DNA of 64,000 bases from Synechococcus sp. (lineage in GTDB: Bacteria > Cyanobacteriota > Cyanobacteriia > PCC-6307 > Cyanobiaceae). The position numbers and the translations under genes are program-made. Positions within the stretch are counted from its first letter, which is position 1; each line of letters opens with the position of its first letter. The DNA is taken from the NCBI GenBank assembly GCA_047285805.1, contig JBJBCN010000002.1, forward strand, positions 608,001 to 672,000. The letters are read 5' to 3'. The notes beneath the pieces were generated by a model. That model did not search any database, was not told where the DNA came from, and saw only the letters and a program-made list of their open reading frames with translations. This document shows, piece by piece, positions 31,597-42,310 of this stretch.

Positions 31597-33528
31597 TCAG
31601 GAGCTGGACGCGCTGAGTCTCAGTTGGTCCCGGAGAGAATCAACGGTTTGTACACGAAGCAGAAGTGCGTCCCCGGGCTTGGAACCATTCGGACACCCCG
31701 CAGCCAGATCGATCGCCAGCTCGTCAATGCGCACGAGGCCAAGGGTGTCCTGGGGACGGAGCCAGCGCAGGAATTGCGCTCGCCATTGCTGGCCCTTCCG
31801 GCCTTCAAACCAGACCTGCTGCCAGTGGCGCTGATCTTCCCTTGCAATGCCAATCCCCTCGCGGATGGCTCCATCGACCTCATTGATGAGTTCCTGGAGT
31901 TGTTCTTCGGAGAGGGGGGACTTTGCGGCCAACTGGCGTTGAACCAAGAGGTCGCCGTAACGACGAATCGGGGACGTAGCCTGGACATAGGCTGGCAGGC
32001 CCAGGCTGAAGTGGGCGGCAGGCTTGGTCCCCATCAATCCGCGGCTCAAGCAGCGCTTGATCGCGGAGTAGCGAACCGCTCCATCGGGCAGGGCCTCCAG
32101 CTCCGCCTTCGTTGGAAGTTCCGCCGGCAGTTGGCTTCGGAATGGCAGGGCAAGCTCCCGTTTCTTGGCCAATTCCGCGGTGACCGCACCAGCCAAGATC
32201 ATCGCTTCAGCCACCATCTGGCGCGAGCTGCTCGGCTCCGTCACATCCAGCTGCGCTTCTCCATCACGGCAACGGATCCGTCCCTCCGGAAGGTCCATCT
32301 GCAGGGCCCCCTGGGCCAAGCGCCAGGTCCGCCGACGACCCAAGAGAGCTTCAAGATCGGCCAGATCACTGTCCTGCGGTGGAGCCAGCTCGATGAGCTC
32401 GTCGGCGTCTTCGTAGCTCAGGCGATAGATCGGCTTGATCCAACTGCGCTCCACACCAAAGCCGGCCAAGGAACCGTCATCGTTCAGCTCAGCCCAGGTG
32501 CTCCAAGCCGCCGTGCGCCGGCCAGCACGCAAGCTGAAGACACCAGTGGCGAGGTTCTCCGGGAACATCGGCACATTACCCTTAGCCAAATAGAGGCTGC
32601 TCCCGCGCTTGCGTGCTTCAAGGTCCAGGGGCGAACCGGCTTCGATCAGTCGTCCTGGGTCAGCAATGTGGATCCATATGCGCGTGGGCCCTGCCGCGGT
32701 TGTCTCGATCGAGAGACCATCATCAATGTCACGGGTGTCCGCATCGTCGATGGTCACACAGCGCTGGCCGGTTAGATCTAAGCGGTCGGCATCGCTTGGC
32801 TGCTCTTGGCTCGCCTCCTGCTCGAGCCGTTGGGCCTCTTGGAGGAGTTCCTCGGAGAAGCCACTGTTCCAGACGGTTCCCTCCAACGAGACCAGCTGGT
32901 GGGGGTCCCATTGCCCCAGATCCACAAGGAGGTGACGCAACTGACTGCGCTCCTGGCATAGGTGCAGTTGGCTCAAGCTCTGGCGAATCCCCTCTGGTAG
33001 CTGCTCCAACTCAAGCCGTCCGCTGGCGACCTGTTTGAGCAATTCCAACCGTTCCAGCTGCAGAGCGCTGCAGTTGTTGGGCTCGATTTGCTGCCTTTGT
33101 TTGAGCAGCAGGTGCCATTGGCGTTCAGCTGCCGCAACAATCGCCTGGCGCCGGCGTTCACGCCGGAGCGGTTTCAGCTCTTCCAGACACCGGGCATGCA
33201 CAGAGGTGTGCTTCCAGCGGAACCACTGTTGCTCTCCCACCAAGGCCAACCAGCAGGCGCAGAGCTGGATTGGCTCCGTCGATCCGTAAACGAGATCGCA
33301 GAACTCGTGCAAGTCCAACCTTTCGCCGGTTTCTTGGAGCAGCAACCAGGCAGAGCCCCAAGCTGAGGGTCGCGGTTTCGCCTCACTGAGGGCCTCACGG
33401 TTCAGAGCCCACGGAAATGCCCCCAGCCGCTGCGGTGCGTAGGCACCTGCGGGCAGGGGGCAAATCAGCTCGAGTCTTCTCTGAGGGACGACCTGTTGCT
33501 TTGAGTCAAAACCCACCCTGAGCCGCAC
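31597..33528 (-). CDS. rnb: RNase II/R (RNB domain) exoribonuclease; true start probably further upstream (to ~33624)
   Basis: TIDDADTRDIDDG, HIADP, HFSLGLPAYVQATSPIRRYGDL. Confidence 0.9.
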   Translation of the reverse strand: MRLRVGFDSKQQVVPQRRLELICPLPAGAYAPQRLGAFPWALNREALSEAKPRPSAWGSAWLLLQETGERLDLHEFCDLVYGSTEPIQLCACWLALVGEQQWFRWKHTSVHARCLEELKPLRRERRRQAIVAAAERQWHLLLKQRQQIEPNNCSALQLERLELLKQVASGRLELEQLPEGIRQSLSQLHLCQERSQLRHLLVDLGQWDPHQLVSLEGTVWNSGFSEELLQEAQRLEQEASQEQPSDADRLDLTGQRCVTIDDADTRDIDDGLSIETTAAGPTRIWIHIADPGRLIEAGSPLDLEARKRGSSLYLAKGNVPMFPENLATGVFSLRAGRRTAAWSTWAELNDDGSLAGFGVERSWIKPIYRLSYEDADELIELAPPQDSDLADLEALLGRRRTWRLAQGALQMDLPEGRIRCRDGEAQLDVTEPSSSRQMVAEAMILAGAVTAELAKKRELALPFRSQLPAELPTKAELEALPDGAVRYSAIKRCLSRGLMGTKPAAHFSLGLPAYVQATSPIRRYGDLLVQRQLAAKSPLSEEQLQELINEVDGAIREGIGIAREDQRHWQQVWFEGRKGQQWRAQFLRWLRPQDTLGLVRIDELAIDLAAGCPNGSKPGDALLLRVQTVDSLRDQLRLSASSS

Positions 33529-33627
33529 CTTGCTGCCCTGGACGGATTCGACAATGGCTAAATTAGGGGTGCGGGACTCATTCAGACCGACGAGATCGCC
33601 GCTGTGGAAGACCGCACTGCCCAGTGG

Positions 33628-33849
33628 TCAGCCCTCGGGGTTGACGAACGGAAGAAGAGCCACGATGCGAGCGCGCTTCACCGCGTTAGTCAGATCACGC
33701 TGTTGCTTGGCTGTGAGGCCAGTCAGACGGCGGGGCAAGATTTTGCCGCGCTCGGTGATGAACTTCTTGAGCAGATCGACATCCTTGTAATCGATCGGTT
33801 CACCGGGCTTGATCGGTGAAAGGCGTTTCTTGAAAAAGGAACTAGGCAT
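33628..33849 (-). CDS. rpsR: 30S ribosomal protein S18
   Basis: [26 protein letters not shown]. Confidence 0.98.
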   Translation of the reverse strand: MPSSFFKKRLSPIKPGEPIDYKDVDLLKKFITERGKILPRRLTGLTAKQQRDLTNAVKRARIVALLPFVNPEG

Positions 33850-33896
33850 GACTGAACGGGGAGGAAATGCAGAGCGCGGAGATCACGCCTCAGAGA

Positions 33897-34091
33897 TCAC
33901 TTGATCTCTTTGTGGACCGTCGACTTGTTGCAATGCGGGCAGAACTTTTTGAGTTCAATCCGTTCAGTGGTGTTGCGGCGGTTCTTCTGGCTGGTGTAAC
34001 GAGACACACCAGGAGACCGCTTCGCGGGGTTGGACCGGCATTCCGTGCACTCGAGAGTGATCACGATCCGGACGCCCTTGTTCTTAGCCAT
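33897..34091 (-). CDS. rpmG: 50S ribosomal protein L33
   Basis: [18 protein letters not shown]...[20 protein letters not shown] at 34091. Confidence 0.97.
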   Translation of the reverse strand: MAKNKGVRIVITLECTECRSNPAKRSPGVSRYTSQKNRRNTTERIELKKFCPHCNKSTVHKEIK

Positions 34092-34207
34092 AAAGGACGT
34101 TGCGCCGCTGGAGCGATGCGATTGGACAGTTGACAACCATACCTTGTCGCCTGAACAGGCCTGGCGTCTTGCCTCTTTAAAGTCGAGGCTCTGTTTGCCC
34201 GTGTCCG

Positions 34208-36670
34208 ATGCAGGTCTCGCTCCAATGGCTCCGGGAGCTGGTGGCCTGTGATCTGGCAGCCGATGTTCTTGCTGAGAAGCTCTCGATTGCGGGCTTCGAG
34301 GTGGAAGAGATCGTCGATTTGGCAGCTTGGGCAGCGGGGGTGCTGGTCGGCTATGTCGAGCAACGAGAGCCCCATCCCGATGCAAACAAGCTCAGCGTTT
34401 GCACCGTCGCCATTGGTGCAGATGCGCCGCTGCAAATCGTCTGCGGCGCCAAGAACGTCCGCGCCGGGATTCACGTGGCGGTCGCCACCGTGGGTGCCTA
34501 TCTGCCGGCGGTTGATCTCAAGATCAAGCCGGCGGAACTGCGCGGGGTCGCCAGCCGCGGCATGATCTGCTCGCTGTCCGAACTGGGGCTCGCCGACAGT
34601 TCGGACGGCATCGTCATCCTCGATGACGCTCTGGAAACCTTGCCCCCCGTGGGGAGTCCAGTTGGGCCCCTGTTTGGCCTCGACGATCAGGTTCTGGACT
34701 TGGCGATTACGGCGAATCGCCCCGATGGCCTCTCAATGCTGGGCATCGCGCGTGAGGTGGCGGCCCTGACCGGTGCCGCCCTCAGCCTGCCTGCACCATC
34801 AGCCCCTATCGCGTCATCACCCCTAGCCGTCGCCGCTGACGTCCAAGAAAGAATTGAAGAGGGCGGGCTGTTCAGCCTGACAGCCCTTTCTGGCGTACAG
34901 GTTCGGCCCTCTCCCAGTTGGCTCCAGTGCCGGCTGGAGCGTGCGGGTCTCCGCCCGATAAACAACGTAGTCGACATTACCAATTTGGTGATGCTGGAAC
35001 AGGGACAGCCCCTGCATGCCTTTGACGCAGACCGTCTCGCACGACTGAGTGAAAACGGGTTGGATCCCGCCGCGATTGACCTGCGGGCTGGACGCGCCGG
35101 AGAAGCATTCACCACCCTCGACGGCACAGACCACACCCTCAGCGAGGAGGCATGGGTGGTCAGCTATGCGGATCACCCGATCGCCTTAGCCGGCGTCATG
35201 GGCGGCCAAAACAGCGCCGTCGATGGCGAGACGACCTCGATTTTGATTGAAGCGGCGATGTTTGCGCCCCAGACGGTGCGCAAGAGTGCCCGCAGCCTTG
35301 GCCTCCGCACGGACGCCAGCAGCCGGTTCGAAAAGGGGTTGCCGGTCGAAGTGACCCTGAGCGCGGCTGATCGCGCGGTCGCGCTCTTGCAAGAGCTCTG
35401 TGGCGCGACTGTTGATAATCGCTGGTTGCATCAACGGAACGAAGGGGATAGAGAGCCGCTGGAGCTACGCCGCGATGCGCTGCACAACCTGCTCGGCCCC
35501 GTCGCGAAAGAAGACGGCGGAGAGGAGGATCTTGCCGATGAGGTGGTTGAACGGATCCTTCGAGCCCTCGGATGCAGCCTCGATCAGGCTGAGGAGGGCT
35601 GGCTGGTGCACGTCCCCCCCGCTCGTGCCATGGACCTGCAGCGGGAGGTGGACCTGATTGAAGAGGTGGCCCGTTTGGTGGGCTATGACCACTTCGCGAG
35701 TCATCTGCCCGATCCTATTGCCCCCGGTGGTCTGACCCCGATGCAGGAGGCCGAACGTCGCCTGCGTCGCTTATTGGCTGCCTCTGGCCTACAGGAGCTC
35801 ATCAGCCTCTCCCTCGGCCCAGCAGAAGCCGAACGTCCCGGTGCTGATCCGAGTCAGCGTGTGCCACTGGCGAACCCGTTGCTGGCGGACTACAGCCACT
35901 TACGGGACAGCCTTGTCGACGAGTTGTTGTTCGCAGCTCAGCGGAACCTGAAAGCTGGTCGAAGTGGCTTCTGGGCCTTCGAGATCGGCAATGTGTTTGA
36001 TGCAACGGCCAAAGGTTCCCTTCAAAGCCAGCACCTGGCCGGGCTGATCTGCGGTTCCCGCCAGGCCGAGCTTTGGAGCCAGAGCGGCAAGCCCCAGGCC
36101 CCGGCCTACTTCAGCGCCCGCGGTCTCCTTCAATCCGCACTGGCGGGACTACATCTACCCGTTGAGGACCGTCGCCTGAGTGAGCATCCGCTGCTCCACC
36201 CTGGGCGCGCGGCAGAGATTGTTGTGGAGGGGCGTCAGGCCGGTTTCTTTGGCCAAGTGCACCCCGAGCTGGCCGAGCAGTTCGACTTACCGCTCGCGAC
36301 CTATCTGTTCCAGTTAGAGGTCGCTCCTTTGCTGAGCGCCGCGACGCGCCGCAACCGCTGGCAGCCCAGCTATGTCCCCTTTGCAACAGTGCCGTCCTCC
36401 GAACGGGACCTGGCACTGGTCGTCAACGCGGAGACTGCGAGTGCCCAGCTCCTTAATGCGATCCGCAAAGCGGGTAAGCCCCTACTGGAGCGAGCCGAAT
36501 TGATGGATCGCTACGACGGAGAACAGCTGGCGGCCGGCTCATGCAGCCAGGCCTTCCGTCTCCGCTACCGAGATCCCAAGCGGACTCTCGAGGACAGCGA
36601 GGTGGACGAGGCCCACGCCAAGATCCGGGCAGCCCTCGAAAAGCAATTCGGAGCCCAGTTACGCGCCTGA
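34208..36670 (+). CDS. pheT: Phenylalanine--tRNA ligase beta subunit
   Basis: [35 protein letters not shown]-terminus. Confidence 0.97.
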   Translation: MQVSLQWLRELVACDLAADVLAEKLSIAGFEVEEIVDLAAWAAGVLVGYVEQREPHPDANKLSVCTVAIGADAPLQIVCGAKNVRAGIHVAVATVGAYLPAVDLKIKPAELRGVASRGMICSLSELGLADSSDGIVILDDALETLPPVGSPVGPLFGLDDQVLDLAITANRPDGLSMLGIAREVAALTGAALSLPAPSAPIASSPLAVAADVQERIEEGGLFSLTALSGVQVRPSPSWLQCRLERAGLRPINNVVDITNLVMLEQGQPLHAFDADRLARLSENGLDPAAIDLRAGRAGEAFTTLDGTDHTLSEEAWVVSYADHPIALAGVMGGQNSAVDGETTSILIEAAMFAPQTVRKSARSLGLRTDASSRFEKGLPVEVTLSAADRAVALLQELCGATVDNRWLHQRNEGDREPLELRRDALHNLLGPVAKEDGGEEDLADEVVERILRALGCSLDQAEEGWLVHVPPARAMDLQREVDLIEEVARLVGYDHFASHLPDPIAPGGLTPMQEAERRLRRLLAASGLQELISLSLGPAEAERPGADPSQRVPLANPLLADYSHLRDSLVDELLFAAQRNLKAGRSGFWAFEIGNVFDATAKGSLQSQHLAGLICGSRQAELWSQSGKPQAPAYFSARGLLQSALAGLHLPVEDRRLSEHPLLHPGRAAEIVVEGRQAGFFGQVHPELAEQFDLPLATYLFQLEVAPLLSAATRRNRWQPSYVPFATVPSSERDLALVVNAETASAQLLNAIRKAGKPLLERAELMDRYDGEQLAAGSCSQAFRLRYRDPKRTLEDSEVDEAHAKIRAALEKQFGAQLRA

Positions 36671-38038
36671 CCCCGACTGGGTCAGTAGCGCCAGGGTCTC
36701 CACGTGGCTGGTCTGCGGGAAGAAATCAACGGGCTGGACCCGTTCGAGCTGGAAGCCGCCGTCTTCGCAGCACAGCTGCTGCAGATCCCTGGCCAGTGTT
36801 GAGGGATTGCAACTGATGTAGGCAAGTCGCTCGGGCTTGCCGTCGAGGATTGCGGCAAGGGCTTCAGCGCTGAGCCCTTTGCGGGGCGGGTCGACAAGCA
36901 GGGAACCCGTCATTTTCAATCGATCAGCCAGCACCATTGCCACATCGGCTTGCTCGAAGAAGGCCGTCGTAATTTGGTTACGTTCAGCATTGGCTGTGGC
37001 TTGGCTGACGGAAGAGGGATGGACCTCCAGACCCAAAACCTTGAGGCCCGAACGGGCTAGGGGGAGGCTGTAGGTCCCGATGCCGCTATAAGCATCAATC
37101 ACCGTGGCGCTTGGACCCGTGGCGAAGAACGCCCGCAGCGGCTGAACAAGACGCTCGGCCTGCGGCGTATTGATCTGGAAGAAGGTATCAGCCGCGATGC
37201 GCAGTTCGATGCCGTCAAAGATTTCAAGCAACCAAGACCGCCCTGCAATCAGGTCCGTCTCTGGTCCCATGACCACATTGGAGGCCTTGGGTTGCACGTT
37301 GAGACAAACGCCGACGACCACCGGCCAACGCTCCATCCAGCGCTGCGCCAACGTCTCCAGTCCTTTGAGCTGGCGGTGACTGCTGATCAGGGTGATCAGG
37401 ATTTCCCCCGTGGCCGAGCCCACACGCAGGGCTAAGTGGCGCAAGCCACCTTGGCCACTCAGATTCACATCGACGGGCCAGCGGGTTTTCTCGAGATCGC
37501 GTTTGATGGGCTCAATCAGTCCATCGATTCGTGGATCGAGAACCGGGCAGTGGTTGAGGTTAACGATCTTGTGGCTACCGCGGCGGTAGTAACCGGCCCG
37601 AAAGTGGCCATCTTCAGCCCGCTCGAGTGGAATCAGGGCTCGATTGCGGTAGCCAAGGATGTCCTCGCAACCCCAGACAGGCTCGACCGCCACATCCAAA
37701 TTGGCTAGCCGACTCAAGCATTGTTGGACGAGATCCCGCTTCAGGTCCAGCTGCATCGATGCCGAGGCGTGTTGCAGGCTGCAGCCACCACATCGCTCCG
37801 TAAGGATGCATGGGGTCTTCTGACGCTCTGCGTGGGCCCGTGTGACCTCGATCAGCTCGGCCTCAAGATGTCGCTTGGCGCAGCGGCGCACCCGGGCCTG
37901 AACGGTTTCACCAGGGAGTGCCCCCGGAATGAAAACGGCGGTCTCATTCCAGCGGCCCACCCCCTGTCCGTCATGGCCGAAACCGGTGACCTCCACCGTG
38001 ATGGATGTGCCCAATTGCACCTTGTTGACACCCATCAC
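36659..38038 (-). CDS. rlmD: 23S rRNA (uracil1939-C5)-methyltransferase
   Basis: TRAM domain, CGGCSLQH, FFQIN, DPPRKG, YISCNP, FPQTSHVE. Confidence 0.93.
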   Translation of the reverse strand: MMGVNKVQLGTSITVEVTGFGHDGQGVGRWNETAVFIPGALPGETVQARVRRCAKRHLEAELIEVTRAHAERQKTPCILTERCGGCSLQHASASMQLDLKRDLVQQCLSRLANLDVAVEPVWGCEDILGYRNRALIPLERAEDGHFRAGYYRRGSHKIVNLNHCPVLDPRIDGLIEPIKRDLEKTRWPVDVNLSGQGGLRHLALRVGSATGEILITLISSHRQLKGLETLAQRWMERWPVVVGVCLNVQPKASNVVMGPETDLIAGRSWLLEIFDGIELRIAADTFFQINTPQAERLVQPLRAFFATGPSATVIDAYSGIGTYSLPLARSGLKVLGLEVHPSSVSQATANAERNQITTAFFEQADVAMVLADRLKMTGSLLVDPPRKGLSAEALAAILDGKPERLAYISCNPSTLARDLQQLCCEDGGFQLERVQPVDFFPQTSHVETLALLTQSGSGA

Positions 38039-38143
38039 CCTCTTGCCGTCCTTCTTTGACCCTATCGGTGCGTAAACACCTTCTCGGAGCGGGGCTTTTC
38101 AGTACTCGTCCTCGATACAGTGTCGTGGTCAATGGTGGTTTCG

Positions 38144-38638
38144 ATGAGCGTCGTACGCGATCTGATTCTTCAGGCAGACGATGAGCTCCGCTATCCCACC
38201 GGCGGTGAGCTGCGCTCCATGGTGGATTTCCTCTCCACCGGCTCCGACCGCCTCTCGGTTGTGCGTGTCCTGACCGACAACGAGAAGAAGATCGTTGACG
38301 AGGCGTCCAAGCAACTCTTCAGTCGGAAGCCCGAATACGTTGCCCCCGGTGGCAATTCCTATGGAGCCAAGCAGCGTGCCCAGTGCCTGCGTGACTTCGG
38401 ATGGTATCTCCGGCTCGTCACCTACGGCCTCCTTGCGGGCAGCACCGAGCTGATTCAGAAGATCGGCCTCGAAGGTGCACGTGAGATGTACAACAGTCTC
38501 GGCGTCCCGATGCCTGGCATGGTTGAAGCCATGCGTTGCATGAAAGATGCATCACTCGTACTTCTGAATGCCGAAGATGCTGCTGTCGCGGCTCCTTACT
38601 TCGATTTCCTGATCCAAGGCATGCAGACCCCCTGCTGA
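38144..38638 (+). CDS. apcD: Allophycocyanin subunit alpha-B
   Basis: [33 protein letters not shown]. Confidence 0.95.
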   Translation: MSVVRDLILQADDELRYPTGGELRSMVDFLSTGSDRLSVVRVLTDNEKKIVDEASKQLFSRKPEYVAPGGNSYGAKQRAQCLRDFGWYLRLVTYGLLAGSTELIQKIGLEGAREMYNSLGVPMPGMVEAMRCMKDASLVLLNAEDAAVAAPYFDFLIQGMQTPC

Positions 38639-38665
38639 TCCTTCCCTCAAATCTTGCTGTTCATG

Positions 38666-38688
38666 GCCGGCGGGAGCCGGCTTTTTTT
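38666..38688 (+). terminator. Intrinsic terminator after apcD
   Basis: GCCGGC-GGGA-GCCGGC followed by T7. Confidence 0.85.
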
Positions 38689-39290
38689 ATTCCGACTCAT
38701 TTTCTTCAGAGTATTAGCTGAGTCGTGCGATGCGTCTAAGGCAGAGAAGCCGACGATACAGGTGATAAGTCACAAAAAATGTGAGCATGCGCCGTGTAGT
38801 CACATTTGTCGGGTACTAGGCGAAGAACGAGACTAGGAGACAGTCTTGCCTGAGAGAGTTGAGACCTACCCTGGCGGGGACTCCCGTTACGGGCACCATC
38901 GTGCGCGTCGCATTCTCCCTTCGCAGGCAATGGTCAACCTGGGCTCATCAGCGCATCTAGCATGGGACTAAGTAGACTCAGTCGGGCATGGCTCGTACGA
39001 GGCAAAAAGGCAGTAGTAAAAGCCGAGCATCTGTGTCTATAGCAGGTACGCGAGAACCGTTGCCCTTCCTGCACCTGGGTTTATCGCTACTGTCCACTGC
39101 CCTGGACAAGGCCTCTACCACTCCAGGACACGAAAATGATGGTGGTCGATCAATGATCGAAAGGAATGGGGCTTGCGCGGCTGAAATCGCTGCCGAATAC
39201 CTATGTATAAAGATCTTGCGCTGAGCTGCTTTACTCTCCCGCATAGGTCACATGCCTAGACAAGGTCTGGGTCTTAGTTGCGACTTATGA

Positions 39291-40361
39291 TCAGGCGGCG
39301 TCTCGATAGCGCTCCTTGAGGAATTGGTAAGCCTCGTTCAGACGACGCATGGCATCGGCTGAACCACCGGCATCGGGATGATGGCTGACGGCCTGGGCAC
39401 GGTAGGCCTCGCGAATCTCCCGGAGGCTGTAGGGGCGATCAGCCACGGTGGCCAGCTGCAGCATCTTCAGCGCGCTGTGCACGTTCATGCTGTTGTCGAT
39501 CGCATCGAAGGAGGTGCTGCGTTTGTTGCGGCTGCGATGGCGTTGGACAAACCGTGTAATCAAGCTGGGCACACGAGCGGGCAAGGTCGAACCCCCAAAG
39601 GGATCCTCCAGGATGCCAGCGGCGACGATGACCCTCTCGAGGCTTGGTTGAGCCTCGGTCCAGTCGGGCGCATAGGAATAAATGACCTGCTGCACCAGGT
39701 TCCAGCCAAACGGTCTGCCGTCGCTGTCGAGGGACTGGGGCCAGATGTCCCGAGCGAGCCACACCATGGAGGCTTCTAGAGCGGCGGGTGTTGGTGCCTG
39801 GCTGTAGACCTCGTTCCAGTGCTGGAGTGCCTGTTGGATCGCAAGGTCGAGTTCGGCGCCGTGAATCAGGGCCAACGTCGTGTCCGGGTTTGTTGAGCGC
39901 GCTGGAGCCTCCAGGGTCTGCTTGACCCGTTTGGCCTGTTTGCGCACGAAACCGGGGAGCTGAATGCCGCTGCAGGCAGCACTCGTCGCCGGAGGATCAA
40001 CTGGCGTCTCTGCTGTCTCAGGCGAGTCCCGTGACTGGTCCGGCCGCGAGACTAGTCCGGAATGCACGAGAACGATTGAAACATCTTCGTTCAGCAGTGT
40101 CTGAGGTTCCTCGGTTTCGGGCTCGCTTGAGTCCAACGAATCCTCGCCGAGCCCTGCCGCGCCTTTAACCTCCTGCCGCGCTTGTGCGTACTCGCCCTCG
40201 GGGTTGGCGCCGTAATCTCCCCTCACCTCCTGGAGGAGCCGCTCAACCAGATCACCGCGGCTTCGCAGTCCCAGCTGACCCTTGAGGCCGTCGATCCAGC
40301 TCAACAGTTCCTCGCTGAGTTCCAGCGAGATCCGGCGTTTGTCGGTCTCTCGCTGGCTCAC
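39291..40361 (-). CDS. C-terminal J-domain protein with N-terminal ribbon-helix-helix-like segment
   Basis: HHPDAGGS J-domain motif; N-terminal RRISLELSEELLSWIDGLK..SRGDLVERLL. Confidence 0.85.
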   Translation of the reverse strand: MSQRETDKRRISLELSEELLSWIDGLKGQLGLRSRGDLVERLLQEVRGDYGANPEGEYAQARQEVKGAAGLGEDSLDSSEPETEEPQTLLNEDVSIVLVHSGLVSRPDQSRDSPETAETPVDPPATSAACSGIQLPGFVRKQAKRVKQTLEAPARSTNPDTTLALIHGAELDLAIQQALQHWNEVYSQAPTPAALEASMVWLARDIWPQSLDSDGRPFGWNLVQQVIYSYAPDWTEAQPSLERVIVAAGILEDPFGGSTLPARVPSLITRFVQRHRSRNKRSTSFDAIDNSMNVHSALKMLQLATVADRPYSLREIREAYRAQAVSHHPDAGGSADAMRRLNEAYQFLKERYRDAA

Positions 40362-40386
40362 GCAGGCTCGGGAACTGTCCTTGAGG

Positions 40387-41979
40387 TTATCGACCTAAGA
40401 GGGTGTTAATCATCTTTTGTTGGGCCTCCACCGCTCCTTGATAGCGGAGCATCAGGCTCTCGCTCATCCGGGTCGGACTGATGACAGCGGCTGAGACTCC
40501 ATCCAGGTTGGGCAGTTCAGGTGGAGCTTGGAGCCACTGCGGCGGTGTCACAAGCGCTGGTGCAGCCGGACGAATGGTGACGGGTTCAAAGGCCGAGGGA
40601 GCTCTGGCGGCGACGGGTTCCGCGGGTGCAACGAGCTTTACGGCGAGGTCTGAAGCCTCCACCAAGGGTTCCCTCTGTTTGAGCTGCGCCAGTTGCTGAT
40701 CGGGAACGACACTGAGCAGATGTCCAGGAGTGGCATCCGCAGGGTAGACGAGGCTTACTTTGATCGGATTCACTTGCCCCGGCTTGAGGTAAAGATCGGC
40801 AATGGGCAGGCTCTGGCCTGATTTCATGCCGACATGCACTTCCTGGTAGCCATCCACAGTTTCAATGCGAATCGATCCGCGGAAAGCTGTGAAGCGCCTG
40901 CGACCATTAACTGTCGGATGGCTCAAGACCAACTGGTGGGGGCCTGAACCCTTCAGGTTCATGGCGACTTCAAAGAGCACCCCATAGGTGCCCACATTGT
41001 TGAGGGACGAGTCGACCATCCGGGTCGCCAGAGGATTGATTTGAACCTCTCCGGTGCCGAAGTGATGGCGGTTTGTGCTCGTCAGGGGGACGTGCAGGGC
41101 ACCTTGCTGCAGATCGTGGTACAGGCTGGCGCTGTACTCATCGCCAATGGCAACACCTGCCACCCGTGAGAACACTGTTCCATTTTCAATTTGGCGGATT
41201 CGGCTGAGGTATACCCGGCCTGGAGCCAAGCGACCTTGATCCAGCACGGCCATCAAATCTCCTTCAGTTTGAGGGTCTTCCGCGGCGATAACAGCCATCT
41301 GGAAAGGCCCGTCACTGAATCCCTTCAGCAACGCGTTGGCGATGCCTTTGGCCGGTAGTTGGGTGCTGAAGAGCACCACTCTGCTGTGGGCTGGAATCGT
41401 GATCTCGTCGGCCAGTTTTCGATCGAGCTTCCCGCGCAGCATTTGCACGGCAGTCGCGTCACCAGGGCCCGTATTCCATGGTCTATGCCCCAGGGGCTTC
41501 ACACCCATCAAGTTGTTCGCCTGATAAGGGGCCTCGAAGCTGTTGCGAACCGCTCCTTTCTGAAAGCGGATGTGAACCGGTTGGCTGGATGGGTTGATCA
41601 GGAGGGTGGCCAGGGTCAGTTCGCCGCGGGGGCCGCCAACGCTGCCCATCCGAGTTTTGTCGTGGGGGTTGTACTTGTGATGAACGTGAATGCCGAACTC
41701 ACCGTTAAACGTGTAAGTGGCATTCGCAAGAGGGGCTCCGGTTTCCGACGAGATGCTTTGGCCGGGGATCGTCGTGACCAAGATCCCGGGACCGTGCACC
41801 TCCTCGGGCTGGTTCGAGTGCAGGACGGGGACGGTATTGAACCGGCCCTGGAGCGGCTTGGCTTGCTGGCCAGTCATCAAGGCTACGTCTGCCCAGGCAT
41901 GGCAGGGAGCTACCAAGACGCCACCGAGAAGAACAATCGCTAGGGGCCTCATCAGACCTGTGGGACCAACTGCTCTCAA
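40387..41979 (-). CDS. DUF3370 family protein
   Basis: Signal peptide, PVLHSNQPE, GTYGV, LVYPADATP. Confidence 0.8.
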   Translation of the reverse strand: MRAVGPTGLMRPLAIVLLGGVLVAPCHAWADVALMTGQQAKPLQGRFNTVPVLHSNQPEEVHGPGILVTTIPGQSISSETGAPLANATYTFNGEFGIHVHHKYNPHDKTRMGSVGGPRGELTLATLLINPSSQPVHIRFQKGAVRNSFEAPYQANNLMGVKPLGHRPWNTGPGDATAVQMLRGKLDRKLADEITIPAHSRVVLFSTQLPAKGIANALLKGFSDGPFQMAVIAAEDPQTEGDLMAVLDQGRLAPGRVYLSRIRQIENGTVFSRVAGVAIGDEYSASLYHDLQQGALHVPLTSTNRHHFGTGEVQINPLATRMVDSSLNNVGTYGVLFEVAMNLKGSGPHQLVLSHPTVNGRRRFTAFRGSIRIETVDGYQEVHVGMKSGQSLPIADLYLKPGQVNPIKVSLVYPADATPGHLLSVVPDQQLAQLKQREPLVEASDLAVKLVAPAEPVAARAPSAFEPVTIRPAAPALVTPPQWLQAPPELPNLDGVSAAVISPTRMSESLMLRYQGAVEAQQKMINTLLGR

Positions 41980-42127
41980 CGTGCGATTGATTGGCGGAGG
42001 GGTGCGTCGCTGTGCGGAATTCTTTTATCTCCGACTGATCGAAATCAACACAGTTCGTGGTTGCCCTGACCCCTCGTCGCGGGAAACCGCAGCTGCTGGC
42101 TAGAACGGCACGGAGAGTCCATTCTCC

Positions 42128-42310
42128 ATGATTTCGCCCTTCTTTGCTTGCGCTGAGTCCGGTTCTCCTGCCCAAATGCGGCGACGGCACCAGGAGCGCA
42201 AGCACCAAATGCTGATCTTCTGGCGCGATGGTCTTGAGCGTCAGTTGGCGGCGATCAACGCCGCCCTGAGCACCCTTGAACGTCAGATGAAGGATTCAAC
42301 TGAGTCCTGA
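42128..42310 (+). CDS. Small conserved coiled-coil hypothetical protein
   Basis: FWRDGLERQLAAINAALSTLERQM. Confidence 0.7.
   Translation: MISPFFACAESGSPAQMRRRHQERKHQMLIFWRDGLERQLAAINAALSTLERQMKDSTES

Noticed and set aside
38915..38960. Minus-strand CTGATGAG resembling a hammerhead ribozyme core
   Set aside because: No correctly placed GAAA and no convincing stems II/III
38736..39244. Short ORFs (64-88 aa) in the apcD downstream gap
   Set aside because: No recognisable motifs, atypical codon usage, and they overlap on opposite strands
42128..42310. Small ORF as a sigma factor fragment
   Set aside because: No sigma region 2 or 4 motifs; the sigma-like remnant is at 42661-42943 on the other strand
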